Shown in pieces: positions 48,336 to 60,042 of a stretch of 64,000 nt of DNA (positions within the stretch are counted from its first letter, which is position 1; each line of letters opens with the position of its first letter). The notes beneath the pieces are model-generated. The model worked only from the letters and a program-made list of their open reading frames with translations. It was not told where the DNA came from and did no database searches. The translations under genes were made by a program, and so were the position numbers. The stretch lies in NCBI RefSeq assembly GCF_006345805.1, contig NC_043005.1:91326001-91390000 (forward strand). Direction: 5' to 3'. Source of the DNA: Octopus sinensis (lineage: Eukaryota).

Positions 48336-48844
48336 AATTAAAAAAAAAAAAGATTTAACATAGTTGCTTATTGGTTAATATGTATGGAGCCAGATATGTG
48401 TTGAAAACGATAGAAATTTCACTTTATGGTTAGGAAGGTTCAGTGAGTCCTTATAGCTCTGTACAAAGGAAATAATTTAAAAAATTTCTCCAATATATTG
48501 TAATAGCATTTAATCTCGTCTAAAATAGAAAAGCCTGTTTGTGCATTGTAAATACCTACAAAATATGCATAATTTGGAACAAGTATAAGGTTTTTTTTAG
48601 CTATTTATAAAAATTATTTGTCATTGTACACTCCTAAAATATATACAAGTGTTAAACTTTTGTTTACTCAAATTGCACGTGGTTTCTTTCTCTTAATTTC
48701 TTTTCTTACATTACAATTTCTGTGCTTAAATCCAGTGCTTTATGCTTATATTGATGATTGTGTTCTGTAGTAGCTAGCTTTATAATTTCTGTGACTAATT
48801 TTAAATTTTAACTCTTATGTACTATTATCATTAATCATTGTTGA

Positions 48845-49325
48845 CAGAGCGGCTAACCGGCTTCCGTTGCCAGAGCAGCCAACTGGCACATAAAAGGGCA
48901 CCATTCGAGCGTGATCGTTACCAATGTCGCCTTACTGGCACCTGTGCCCGTGCTAGTAGGGTGCCAAGAGCACCATCCGAGCATGATCGTTGCCAGAACA
49001 GCCAACTGGCTCCGTGCCGGTGGCACGTAAAAGGGCACCATTCGAGCGTGATCATTACCAATGTCGCCTTACTGGCACCTATGCCGGTGGCATGTGTAAA
49101 AAGATTCGAGCGAGGTCGTTGCCAGTACCGCCTGACGGGCCCCGTGCTGGTGGCACGTAAAAAGCACTCACTACACTCTCGGGGTGGTTGGCATTAGGAA
49201 GGGCATCCAGCTGTAGAAACTCTGCCGGATCAAGATTGGAGCCTGGTGCAGCCATCTGGTTCGCCAGCCCTCAGTCAAAATCGTCCAACCCATGCTAGCA
49301 TGGAAAGTGGACATTAAACGATGAA
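48845..49325 (+). mobile_element. RTE 3' UTR
   Basis: Reverse-complement match to 36809-37270. Confidence 0.88.
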
Positions 49326-50249
49326 CGAACGATCCTGCCTCTTCTTAAAAATGAATATATTCTGCTTGGTTATTTTATGTCGGTTGGGAGTTGAATGGCT
49401 AAATAGGTAGGATTTTCTGTAAAATACTTTTTCTTAAGTGTCTAAACCAAAATCATTGTCAGATTAAAATCTAGTTATAATATACTATGGCTTTGTTCCT
49501 CTGATGTGTCTTTTAGGTTATTCAGTTAGTTATATGACATGCACAAAGCTATTATTTGTTATTGCTGGGTTGGGCTTGCTAATAAGAGCAGATCATCGTC
49601 CTTGTTATTTCGTCTATGTACAAGAAAACAGCAGGGGAGTTGAAGTTTGACTTGTTTCCTATCTCTTTGTTGTGTCCTCACTTTTAAGAGTGGGCATGGG
49701 TGGGATATGATTTGAGGAAGAAAATGGAATGCTCATTTTACAAGTCTTATAGATATACTTTTAAACTTTATACCTGCATAAAGGTAATTACAAAGCATTC
49801 AGTGATAAAAGCTCGTACTTGATTGATATCACCTGTATTTTTTTAATATAACTTACACTTACAAGTAATGAACATTTTAGAAGTGTTCAACATATATTTT
49901 ACTCAGCATAGTTTACATTTTAATCATATATTGTATTTGTATCTAAATATGAACTGGCTAAAAGTCTTAATCAAACCAATGCAGGAGCTCCTCTGCATTT
50001 ACTTGACTTGCTAGAAACAGCAACAAAATTTCCCTCAAAATCTTACCATGCTATCTTAAAATAAAAAAGAAAGGACATCATCATTCTTTAACATTTGTTT
50101 TCCAGCCACTTTTAAAAAGTGGAATAGTTACACCTGGAATGCCTTTGATCATAGGTTTACTCAGTGGACTTGCGAAGAAACAGCAACAGCTTTAATGAAA
50201 ATATGCCATTGTGATTTACGATTTTGTGCTACACACACACACACACACA

Positions 50250-50577
50250 CTCTTGCTTCAGTCATTAGACTATGGCCATGCTGGTGCAGCACCTTGAAGG
50301 ACTTTAGTCAAACAAATCAACCCCAGTACTTATCTTCTTTTCTCTAAGCCTGGTACTTATTCTATCGATATCTTTTGCTGAACTGCTAAGCTATAGTAAT
50401 GTAAACAAACCAATTTCAGTTGTCAAATGATGGTGGTGGTGGGCAAACACACACACACAACAGGCTTCTTTCAGTTTCTGTCTACCAAATCCACTCAACA
50501 AGAATTTGGTTTCTCTGGGAGTGGGGATGAACCTGGAACCATGTGGTTCAGAAGCAAACTTCTTAATACACAGCCAT
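50250..50577 (-). mobile_element. CORE-type SINE with internal deletions
   Basis: gactatggccatgctggtgcagcacc tail and atacacagccatgcc head. Confidence 0.75.
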
Positions 50578-51544
50578 GCCTCTATCTGTCTGTCTATCTA
50601 TGCTGTAGTGCACATCAAACAATCCTTGAATGGTTTTCAGGTATATATAACATTTTCTATAAGAAGTGGTTGCTAGCCCCTTTTTCTGACTTTAGAAAAA
50701 GACACTGCGAGGGATCTCCCATGATCCTTCCTATGGTTGCAACATTGCTGAATCCAAGAGAAGAATGGTTCCTAGTACTTTTGGAGTTCGGAAGGATGAA
50801 GAGTAAAATTAACCTCAGCAATATTTGATCTCAGAGTACAGCAAACCGAATAAGGGTTGGTGACAGGAAAACCATCCAGCTGTAGATGAGAAAACTCATC
50901 CAACCCATGTCAAGATGGGAAAAGTGGATTGAGAAGATGCCAGAAAAGATTTATTGCTAAGGCTGAAACTGCTGATAGACATCAGTAGTTCCGGCCAATC
51001 TCTGGTAAGATTGCATAGAATTGTCTTCACTTGGTTGCTGGTTTTGTGACTGCAGTTGGAATCTTCAGAATATTGTATTCTAGTATTTAATGAAGATGCA
51101 ACCAAGAGCAAGTACTGCAGTTGGTGCAGCCTGTAATATGTCTGAGGAAATTTTTCCATTGTTGTCCTTTTCCACTGGAAAAAGGTAGGACTAGGAGTAT
51201 TTTCTGATTGAACTTGATGAAAAAACGTCAAATAATTTTATGCGGAGACTCAAATAATTTTATTTGGTACAAATGTCAAGCTTCAATATTTGAAGCGCAA
51301 GTCTAATATGTGCATATTTATTGCAAATGGCTGGCTGCCATCCTTCAACAAAAGTATACCACAATGCACTTGGATTGGAAGTAACAATAAGGCTTATGTA
51401 GTTATATATGTATATATGTCTGTGTTTATAATCTGAATTTCTAAAGGAATAAAATGGATAAGATATAAGTAAAAAACATACTATTAAAGCACAATGGAAA
51501 GAATATACCAAAGAATATGTGTGTATATATATGTGTATATGTGT

Positions 51545-51590
51545 CAACCCATGCTAGCATGGAAAGCGGACGTTAAACAATGATGATGAT
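51545..51590 (+). mobile_element. Minimal RTE tail (about 45 bp)
   Basis: caacccatgctagcatggaaagcggacgttaaacaatgatgatgat. Confidence 0.8.
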
Positions 51591-51666
51591 GTGTGTGTAT
51601 ACGTATGTATATACGCATATACATATATATGTAAATGTATATATATATATATATATATATGTGTGC

Positions 51667-52184
51667 TGATTATTTCCAAGCCCTGCACTACCAGCATCCA
51701 AAACTGAATATGAAACTTACAGGGTACGCCAGTCGACAGGGAATTTCAATCCCAGAGCCTAAGTCAGTGAGGACCTTGGTATCGACATGAGTGATGATTC
51801 CAAGTGCACATTACCAGGATGGCGACAAAGTGCAAACGACATTCAGAACCAGAGATAAGGAAACCATGACGGTCCTCTGGCGGACATACCTGGATTACTG
51901 CTCACAGCTATGGTCACCCACCAGTGTGAAATTAACAGCGGACCTTGAAGCAATCCAGAGAAGATTCACAAAGATTCACAAAGAAGATCGTCTCTTTGCA
52001 ACAGCTCAGCTACTGGGAAAGGTTGAAACAGCTAAGACTCTACTCCCTGGAGAGATGACGGGAGAGGTATGCAGTAATATATATCTGGAAGATCCTGGAA
52101 GGAATTGTGCCAAATTTTGGCATTGAAAGCTACACCAATGCCAGAACGGGATGACACTGCATAGTACCAAAGGTCCCAGCAATG
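51667..52184 (+). mobile_element. CR1-clade LINE ORF2 C-terminal fragment, decayed
   Basis: TFRTRDKETMTVLWRTYLDYCSQLWSPTSVKLTADLEAIQRRFTK, frameshifted. Confidence 0.85.
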
Positions 52185-52857
52185 TAAACTTTAAATATAA
52201 AGTTACTGAAATATATTACTCCAGTAAATAATATCTGGTAACTTATGTGACACATAGTTTTCTGTGGTGTAAACAGCGTTCACTTAAACTACCTAAAATG
52301 TTACCGTAATATAGCAAACAAATTGTCCCAAGCAAAATGTGCCGCAGGTCGCTGCTTTATATCAGGAGACATACGTAGTAACAAAACCTCAGATGCAAAT
52401 ATAGCCTACAGCTAATAGAATTCTCAAACTAATAAACATTGACTGTGAAGTGTTGTGTCCTCTCATTCGCTTTACTCGTTGTACTTCTCTTGATGACTAT
52501 AGCTTATTCTGTATATTAATGTATTTCACATGAGCAAGCATTTTACCAGTTATTCTATTTGTGTCTCGTGTGTATGCAGAGAAATATTTGTACTTAAGTA
52601 CACACACACATCCACACACACACACCTTGCACACAGAGCAAATAGGAAAGACTCATAGCAATGATTTACTTTGAACAAATGTAACACTTTGTATCAATAA
52701 TGTTCTCTTATTAGCTGAGTCCTCAGTCCAGTAGAAACTTAGTTGCCATCTGCAGTATTGAATAAAACCATTATAATTTCTCTACCATTTGCTGTTGTTT
52801 AAACAGAAATAGGTATGTTATCAGTAAATTCATTCACAAACCAGTTGGAATAATCTT

Positions 52858-53404
52858 ACACGAAGAAGATAGCCTCTATGCAGAATGTAAGCTACTGGGA
52901 AAGACTCAAGAGATTAAAACTATATTCCTTGGAGCGTAGGCGGGAAAGATATGCCATAATATACATCTGGAAGATCCTGGAGGGACGTGTCCCAAACTTT
53001 GGCATCGAGAGTTACACAAATGCCAGAACTGGGCGTCACTGTGTGGTGCCTAGGACTCCAAATTTGCCATCAAGATGTAGGACAAGATACTGTGATAGCC
53101 TGGGCTTCCGAGGCCCACAGCTCTTCAATATCCTCCCAAAGAACCTGAGAGAACTGTATGGGGTGGATGCAGATGTCTTTAAAATGAAACTGGATCTCTT
53201 CCTGTCAGGTGTCCCAGATGAACCAACTTCACGGCAGGAGGTGCAGATGAGGGCAGCTGCATCGAACTCTCTCATGCACCAAATGGCAGTTGCTAAAAAG
53301 CTTTCGTGAAGTAAAACCAAGTAGCAACACCAAATGGCGGTGCCCCAGCATGGCCACAGCTCATGAGTTGAAACTAGAATCAATCAATCAATCAATCAAT
53401 CAAT
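52858..53404 (+). mobile_element. CR1-clade LINE 3' end with (ATCA)n tail
   Basis: ORF 52878-53309 (YWERLKRLKLYSLERRRERY...LFNILP...FKMKLDLFL), short 3' UTR and tail at 53378-53404. Confidence 0.92.
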
Positions 53405-53430
53405 CATATATATGTATATATATTCATATT

Positions 53431-53463
<33 letters not shown>

Positions 53464-55118
53464 TTATATATATATATGTATATATATTATATATATATGT
53501 ATATAATATATATATGTATATATATTTATATACATGTTTATATATGTATATATATTTATATACATGTTTATATATTGTATATATATTATATACATGTTTA
53601 TATATTATATACATGTTTATATATTTATATATATGTATATATATTTATATATATGTATATATATTTATATATATGTATATATATTTATATATATGTATAT
53701 ATATTTATATATGTATATATATATTATATATATGTATATATGTTTATGTATATATATGTTATGTATATGTATATATGTTTATATATGTATATATATATTT
53801 ATATATATGTATATATATATTTATATATTGTATATATATTTATATATATGTATATATATATTTATATATTGGTATATATATTTATATATATGTATATATA
53901 TATTTATATATATGTGTATATATATTTATATATGTGTATATATATTTATATATGTGTAATATATTTATAATATGTGTATATATTTATATATATGTGTATA
54001 TATATTTATATATATGTTATATATTTATATATATGTATATATATTTATATATATTTATATATATGTATATATATTTATTATATGTATATATATTTATGTA
54101 TATATTTATATATATGTATATTATTTATGTATATATATTTATATATATATATTTGTATATATATTTATATATATAATATATTATTTATATTATATAGTAT
54201 ATATGTTATATATTATGTTAATATATTTATGTATATATATTTATGTATATATGTATATATATTTATATATATGTATATATATTTATGTATATATTTTATA
54301 TAATTTATATATATGTATTATATTTATATATATTATATATATTTATATATATGTATATATATGTATATATATTTATATATATGTATATATATGTATATAT
54401 ATTATATATATATATATTTTATATAATGTATATATATTTATATATATATATTTATGTATATATATTTATATATATAATTTGTATATATTTTATATATGTA
54501 TATATATTTATATATATGTATATATATTTATATATATGTATATATATGTGTATATATATGTTATATATAGTGTGTATATATGTGTATATATATATGTATA
54601 TATATTTGTATATATATATATATATATTTGTATATATATATGTGTATATATATATATGTGTATATATATATTTGTATATATATATGTGTATATATATATA
54701 TGTGTATATATATGTGTATATATATATATGTGTATATATATGTGTATATATATATATGTGTATATATATGTGTATATATATTTGTGTATATATATGTGTA
54801 TATATATTTGTATATATATATGTGTATATATATGTATATATATATGTGTATATATATGTATATATATTTGTATATATATATGTGTATATATATGTATATA
54901 TATGTGTATATATGTATATATATTTGTATATATGTATATATATGTGTATATATATGTATATATATGTGTATATATATGTATATATATTTGTATATATGTA
55001 TATATATTTATGTATATATGTATATATATTTATGTATATATGTATATATATTTATGTATATATGTATATGTATTTATGTATATATGTATTTATATTTATG
55101 TATATATATATAATATAA
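53405..55118. repeat. 1.7-kb TA-rich degenerate tandem array
   Basis: Units such as ATATATTTATATATATGT and TATATATGTG; C is almost absent on the + strand. Confidence 0.95.
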
Positions 55119-58100
55119 TTACGGCTGCGCTGAAGAGCAGCGGATACAAAAGGACGTTAGCTCAAATAGAGCGGAAGAAGCAGGAGTTTGTGCGCTCCTA
55201 TGCACTTATAAGATCGCACATTAACACGCTGGATGCCATCTTTGACAACGAACAAAGTAAAGATGGCAAGGATGGAGACGCGGGTGCTGATGAAAAAAGT
55301 CACCCCCACCTGGTAGACACCCAGGAAGAAAACTCCAGTGAGAAACCTGCCCGGGAAGTAAACCCAAGTGCAAGTGCTCCTACCAGCACCAAAAGCCATG
55401 GAGATGAAAGAACCAAAAAAGGAGGAAAAACTAAAAGAAAAACTCAAACAAAACTAAAAAATGAAACAGCCAAGAATAGAAGTGAAACTGACTATCCATA
55501 TACCAAAATGGGTGGAAACAAACAGTGCGCACGGGTGTGTAGGTTCTACCTGAGAGGTACCTGCTGGCATGGAGAGGAAGGTGCAGGCTGCCGTTTTGCA
55601 CATCGGAGACCCTGCCGCAGAGACACGAAACAGATCAGAAAGAAACTAACAAAAGGAAAAGGGATGGACCACGCACCACTTGCCCCAAAACGGAGGTACG
55701 CAGATGTGGTGCGTGCCACAAACGGCCAACATGATGTTGTTGAAAGGGCAGCTGCTGAACAAGAATCTTTTTTGTGCATGGCACAAAAGATTGTACAGCA
55801 GCTAACCTGGCTTCATCAAACCCAAGCTCGCAGATGGGACTACCCACAATATACAAGACCACCACAGCAAATAGACCCAAGGTGGACACAGCCGGCAACA
55901 GCATATACCTCACCTCGATGCTCCTACTGAACATCAGAGGACTGCAAACACTCAGTAACAGGACAAAAATCCCGTTCTTGAGAGACTTTGTTGCATGCAA
56001 TCAAGCCTTATGCATAGCACTTAGGGAAACGCACCTGAAACCAGACATAGCAGATGCGGAATTACACATACCGCAGTATGTTGTACTACGGACTGACAGA
56101 AAAGAAAGGAGTCATGGAGGAGTTGCTATGTACATCCGTGAGGACCTCACACCCCAGGTCCTTTTGTCATACTCAAACTCGGTGTACACTAATTGTACAT
56201 ATAAGGCAACTTGATGTAGTTGTGTGTGCTACATATCGCCCTCCAGATGCCCCAAGCCATGTAGGCAAGTTTGAAGACTGCCTTATAAAAATAGAAGTTC
56301 TAATCACATTAGAACAACACATAAGTGTACTTCTTATGGGAGACTTCAATCTACCCAATGTCAGATGGCCCGAGGGCCTTTCACTCCCAGGAATGACAAG
56401 ATGTGAACGAGGACATGCGAGGTCCCTCCTGAACCTCATCAACACCCTGTACATGGAGCAAGTAATACTCCAACCAACCAGGACAGGTAACACACTGGAT
56501 CTCTGCTTCATAAATAATATGGATCTCATCCATAATGTGAAAGTGACACCGACACTACTCTCAGATCACAACATGGTAGAGCTGACCATGTACGGGCCAA
56601 AGGAAAGCATGGACATGCAGCCTATAAGAAACCCTCAGAATCTTTCCAGCTTGAACTTCCATAAGGCAAACTGGAAACAAATTGAGAAAGAGATCCTCAA
56701 ACAAAACTGGCCTGAGTGTCTCTCTTCGCCAGACATCGACGTGAAACTTCAACAATTCATGTCTGTAATGCAAGCCATATGCTACAAATGTGTCCCAGAG
56801 AGAAAGGCCACTGTACACAAGAACAAAATCCCCAGAGAGAGGAAAATTCTAATGAGTTGGCGTACAAAAATTTCAAATCGCCTAAACAAACAAATTGAAA
56901 GCAGTGAAAAGTCCCGCCTGAAAATGAAACTGTTGGAAATTGAAAAAGGTCTGCAACTCTCCCATGAAAAGGAAAGAGCAGACAAAGAAGCCTGGGCTAT
57001 AGACAACATGAAATCTAACCCCAGAGCTTTCTACAGGTATGCCAAAGAAACAGCTACGGTGCACTGTAGGATAGGGCCACTACTTGAAAGGGATGGCACA
57101 CTCACAGGAAATCCAATGAGGGTAAGTGAAATACTAAATGAGCAATTCGAAAGTGTTTTCACCCCACCCCCTGGGCATTTCCAAATCAGCAATCCAACTG
57201 ACTTCTTCACCACTGCAGATATGGGGTCAGAGGCGGCGATGATTGATTACATCAATATAAAGGAAGACGATGTAATAAAGGCTATAGATGAGATGAAAAC
57301 AAACTCAGCTACTGGCCCCGATGGATTCCCGGCAATCCTTCTAAAAGTATGTAAGAGAGTCCTAGCAAGACTACTGCAGTCTCTCTTTCAGAGCTTCCTT
57401 GCAACTGGCAAACTTCCAAGAAAACTGAAGGAAGGTAAAATATGCCCTATTCATAAAGGAGGTAGCAGAGCGGAGGCCAAGAACTACAGACCTATCTCTC
57501 TGACCTCACACATCAGCAAGGTCATGGAAAGAATAGTCAGAAGGAAACTAATCACCTTCCTTGAAGAAAATGACTTGCTGCCTGACACCCAACATGGTTT
57601 CCGACCAGGAAGAAGCTGCTTAACTCAGCTCCTACAACACTATGACTGGGTGCTGAAACGACTGCTCAACCACACAAATGTGGAAGTGATATATCTCGAC
57701 TTTGCAAACCAAATGTCACAAACTGCGTGATCTTGGCATAGTTGGAAAATTGGGAGAATGGCTTCATGACTTTCTGAAGAATAGAAGTCAGGTGGTAGTA
57801 GCCATTAACACGCAAATAGTGAGCGGTGTTCCGCAGGGCACTGTTTTGGGACCACTACTGTTCATAATGGCCCTTTCAGACATGCCCTCAGCCACGCAGA
57901 GAGCCACGATCACAAGTTATGCAGATGATACAAAAGTTTCACAGGCAATACAGAACCCTGAAGACACTAAGCACCTGCAATGTGAGCTGGATAAAATATA
58001 CAAGTGGGCTGAAAAGAAGCAGCATGCAGTTCAATGCTGAGAAGTTTCAAGCTTTATGCTATCAGCATGCAAAACTGAATGCATACCCAATGAATACACT

Positions 58101-58194
58101 GGACCCGGAGGGATTGCAATCCCAGAGGCACAATCAGTGCGTGACCTGGGTATTCACATGAGTGATGACGCGACCTTTCATGTACATGTTGCTA
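55119..58194 (+). mobile_element. CR1-clade LINE with CCCH-finger ORF1 and APE-RT ORF2; disrupted and cut by the gap
   Basis: ORF1 remnant stops at 55930 and contains [22 protein letters not shown] (55538-55603). ORF2 starts at ATG 55918 ([59 protein letters not shown]). There is a frameshift near 56190 and a deletion removing KAFD near 57705. Confidence 0.95.
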
Positions 58195-58294
58195 NNNNNN
58201 NNNNNNNNNNNNNNNNNNNNNNNNNNNNNNNNNNNNNNNNNNNNNNNNNNNNNNNNNNNNNNNNNNNNNNNNNNNNNNNNNNNNNNNNNNNNNN
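58195..58294. other. Assembly gap (100 N)
   Basis: Read directly from the sequence. Confidence 1.
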
Positions 58295-58660
58295 AAATTT
58301 TGTTGTATACCCAATTGAATATTAGCTAATAACCCATTTTCTATAGCGATGTTTGAACAAAATTTTAATAATTTTACAGAAAGTTACCCAGAATAACAAA
58401 CGAGCCCTTCTGGGTATTAGCGCGCGTCTACGATGAGTCTACGATTTAAAAAAAAATTACGATCATATTTTTCCATTTTAATGCATTTTTTTCGCTTTTA
58501 TATAAGGGAAGTAACTCTCTAAAAATATCTACGATGTGTCAACGATTTAAAGAAAAATTTACCATAATTTTTTTTCAATTTTTAATGCATTTTTTTGCTA
58601 TTTTTTGGCTATAACTCTCTAAAAATGCTTATATAGTTATTTCCCTTACAAACCCGAGCA
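58295..58660 (+). mobile_element. Helitron-like 3' fragment truncated within the hairpin
   Basis: Ends aaacccgagca, identical to the start of the hairpin at 15116-15126; shares the gttatttccctt motif with 61193-61480. Confidence 0.55.
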
Positions 58661-58824
58661 TATATGTGTGTATATATATATGTATATATATATATATATG
58701 TGTGTATATATATGTATATTTATATATGTATATTTATATATGTATATGTATATATGTATATTTATATACGTATATTTATATATATATATGTATATTTATA
58801 TATATATATATATATATATGTGAA

Positions 58825-59230
58825 TCCCTTATTATAAAAGGCAGATTTTATCTGCCTCCCTTTGTCTCTTATAGAAATCTACAATATAGGATTTCTTCAA
58901 TTACAATTTACCTAGCATTTTTAAGAGTAGAATGCATCGGGTTTTGCCAGGTCCGGTTTTTAAAATTTCAACCCCAATTAAGCAAAATTTAGAGAAAACT
59001 CACATTGTGGTGTATATGTCAAATGCTTTTCTTAGTTTGGGCTACAGCACACGCAAACGCACACACACAGTGTGCAACGAATAAAGTGAAACTAATTAAC
59101 TGTGTGTGAGATGAACAGTGTGTATATGTGAGTTTGTGCATGTGTGTGTATGTATGTATGTTAGGCGACGGCTAGTGGCAAGCGGTGTGCGAGAGGACAG
59201 TGTGTGTTTATTAGTGCGTGCGTGTGTGTG
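58825..59230 (+). mobile_element. Helitron/Helentron-like 5' fragment
   Basis: A|TCCCTTATTATAAAAGGCAGA start with subterminal hairpin GGCAGA-tttta-TCTGCC (58840-58856). The right boundary is uncertain. Confidence 0.5.
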
Positions 59231-60040
59231 TATGTTGGGCGAAGGCTAGTGGACGTAGCAGTCACAGGTCAGTAGCAAAAGGAGGAAGAAAGGGAATGTG
59301 TGCGTGCGTGTGTACGTCCCGTTTGTGTGTTTTGTTGTAGTATGTGTGTGTACGTGTGCGTTTTTTTGTATGTATGGCAAGTAACTTTGCTTAACAGAGT
59401 GTATGTGTAGGTGTGTGTGCGTCCTTATATGTGCGTATATGTATACTTGTGTGCATGTATGTATGTGTGCGTGTGTGCGCATGTTTAGGTGTGCGTATGT
59501 ATGTGTGTGTCTGTGCTTATATGTGTGTACGTATGTGTATGTGTGCGTGTGCGTGGAGGTATATGTTGGGTGTGTGTATGTGCCGGTGTGCATGTGAATT
59601 TGTGTGTGTTTGTACGTGTGTAAGTGTGTGTGCGTGTATTGTATATATATATATGTAAATGTGTGTGTGTGAGTGCGTGGGAGTGAACGTATGTATGTGT
59701 GTGCGTGTGTGTACAAAAAGTAGGGGTATTATTTATATGTTTATGTGTGTGTGTGTATATATGCATGCAAGGAAACAATTTGCAACTGACGGAATGATGG
59801 AAAAATACTCCCGCAGTGACAGGCGTAAGAGAAACCCAAGAATGCGCCGGCCCCAGATACGAACCCGAGATTTAGCCAGAACCCACAAGCGTGGTGCATG
59901 CATGTGTGTATGCGTGTGCGAGCGCGTGCATGCGAGTGTGTGTGTAAGTATGTGTGTGTGTGTGTGTGTGTGTGTGAGTGAGTGTGTCTGTGTGTCCGTA
60001 TAAATGTATGTAAGTATGTGTGTGTGTATATATATATATA
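59230..60040. repeat. Long degenerate TG-rich tract with a short unique island (about 59770-59895)
   Basis: Read directly from the sequence. Confidence 0.85.
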
Positions 60041-60042
60041 CA

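Noticed and set aside
50930-51250. Coding-looking segment (AVGAACNMSEEIFPLL...), possibly a pogo/Tigger relic or a lost exon
   Set aside because: It has stops in all frames, no recognisable motif, and no clean splice sites.
53972-55930. 652-aa ORF fusing a Y/I/C/V-rich stretch to CR1 ORF1 (also ORFs 53290-55118 in other frames)
   Set aside because: The N-terminal part is a translation of the TA array, which rarely produces stop codons; only the portion after about 55119 is real and belongs to the LINE.
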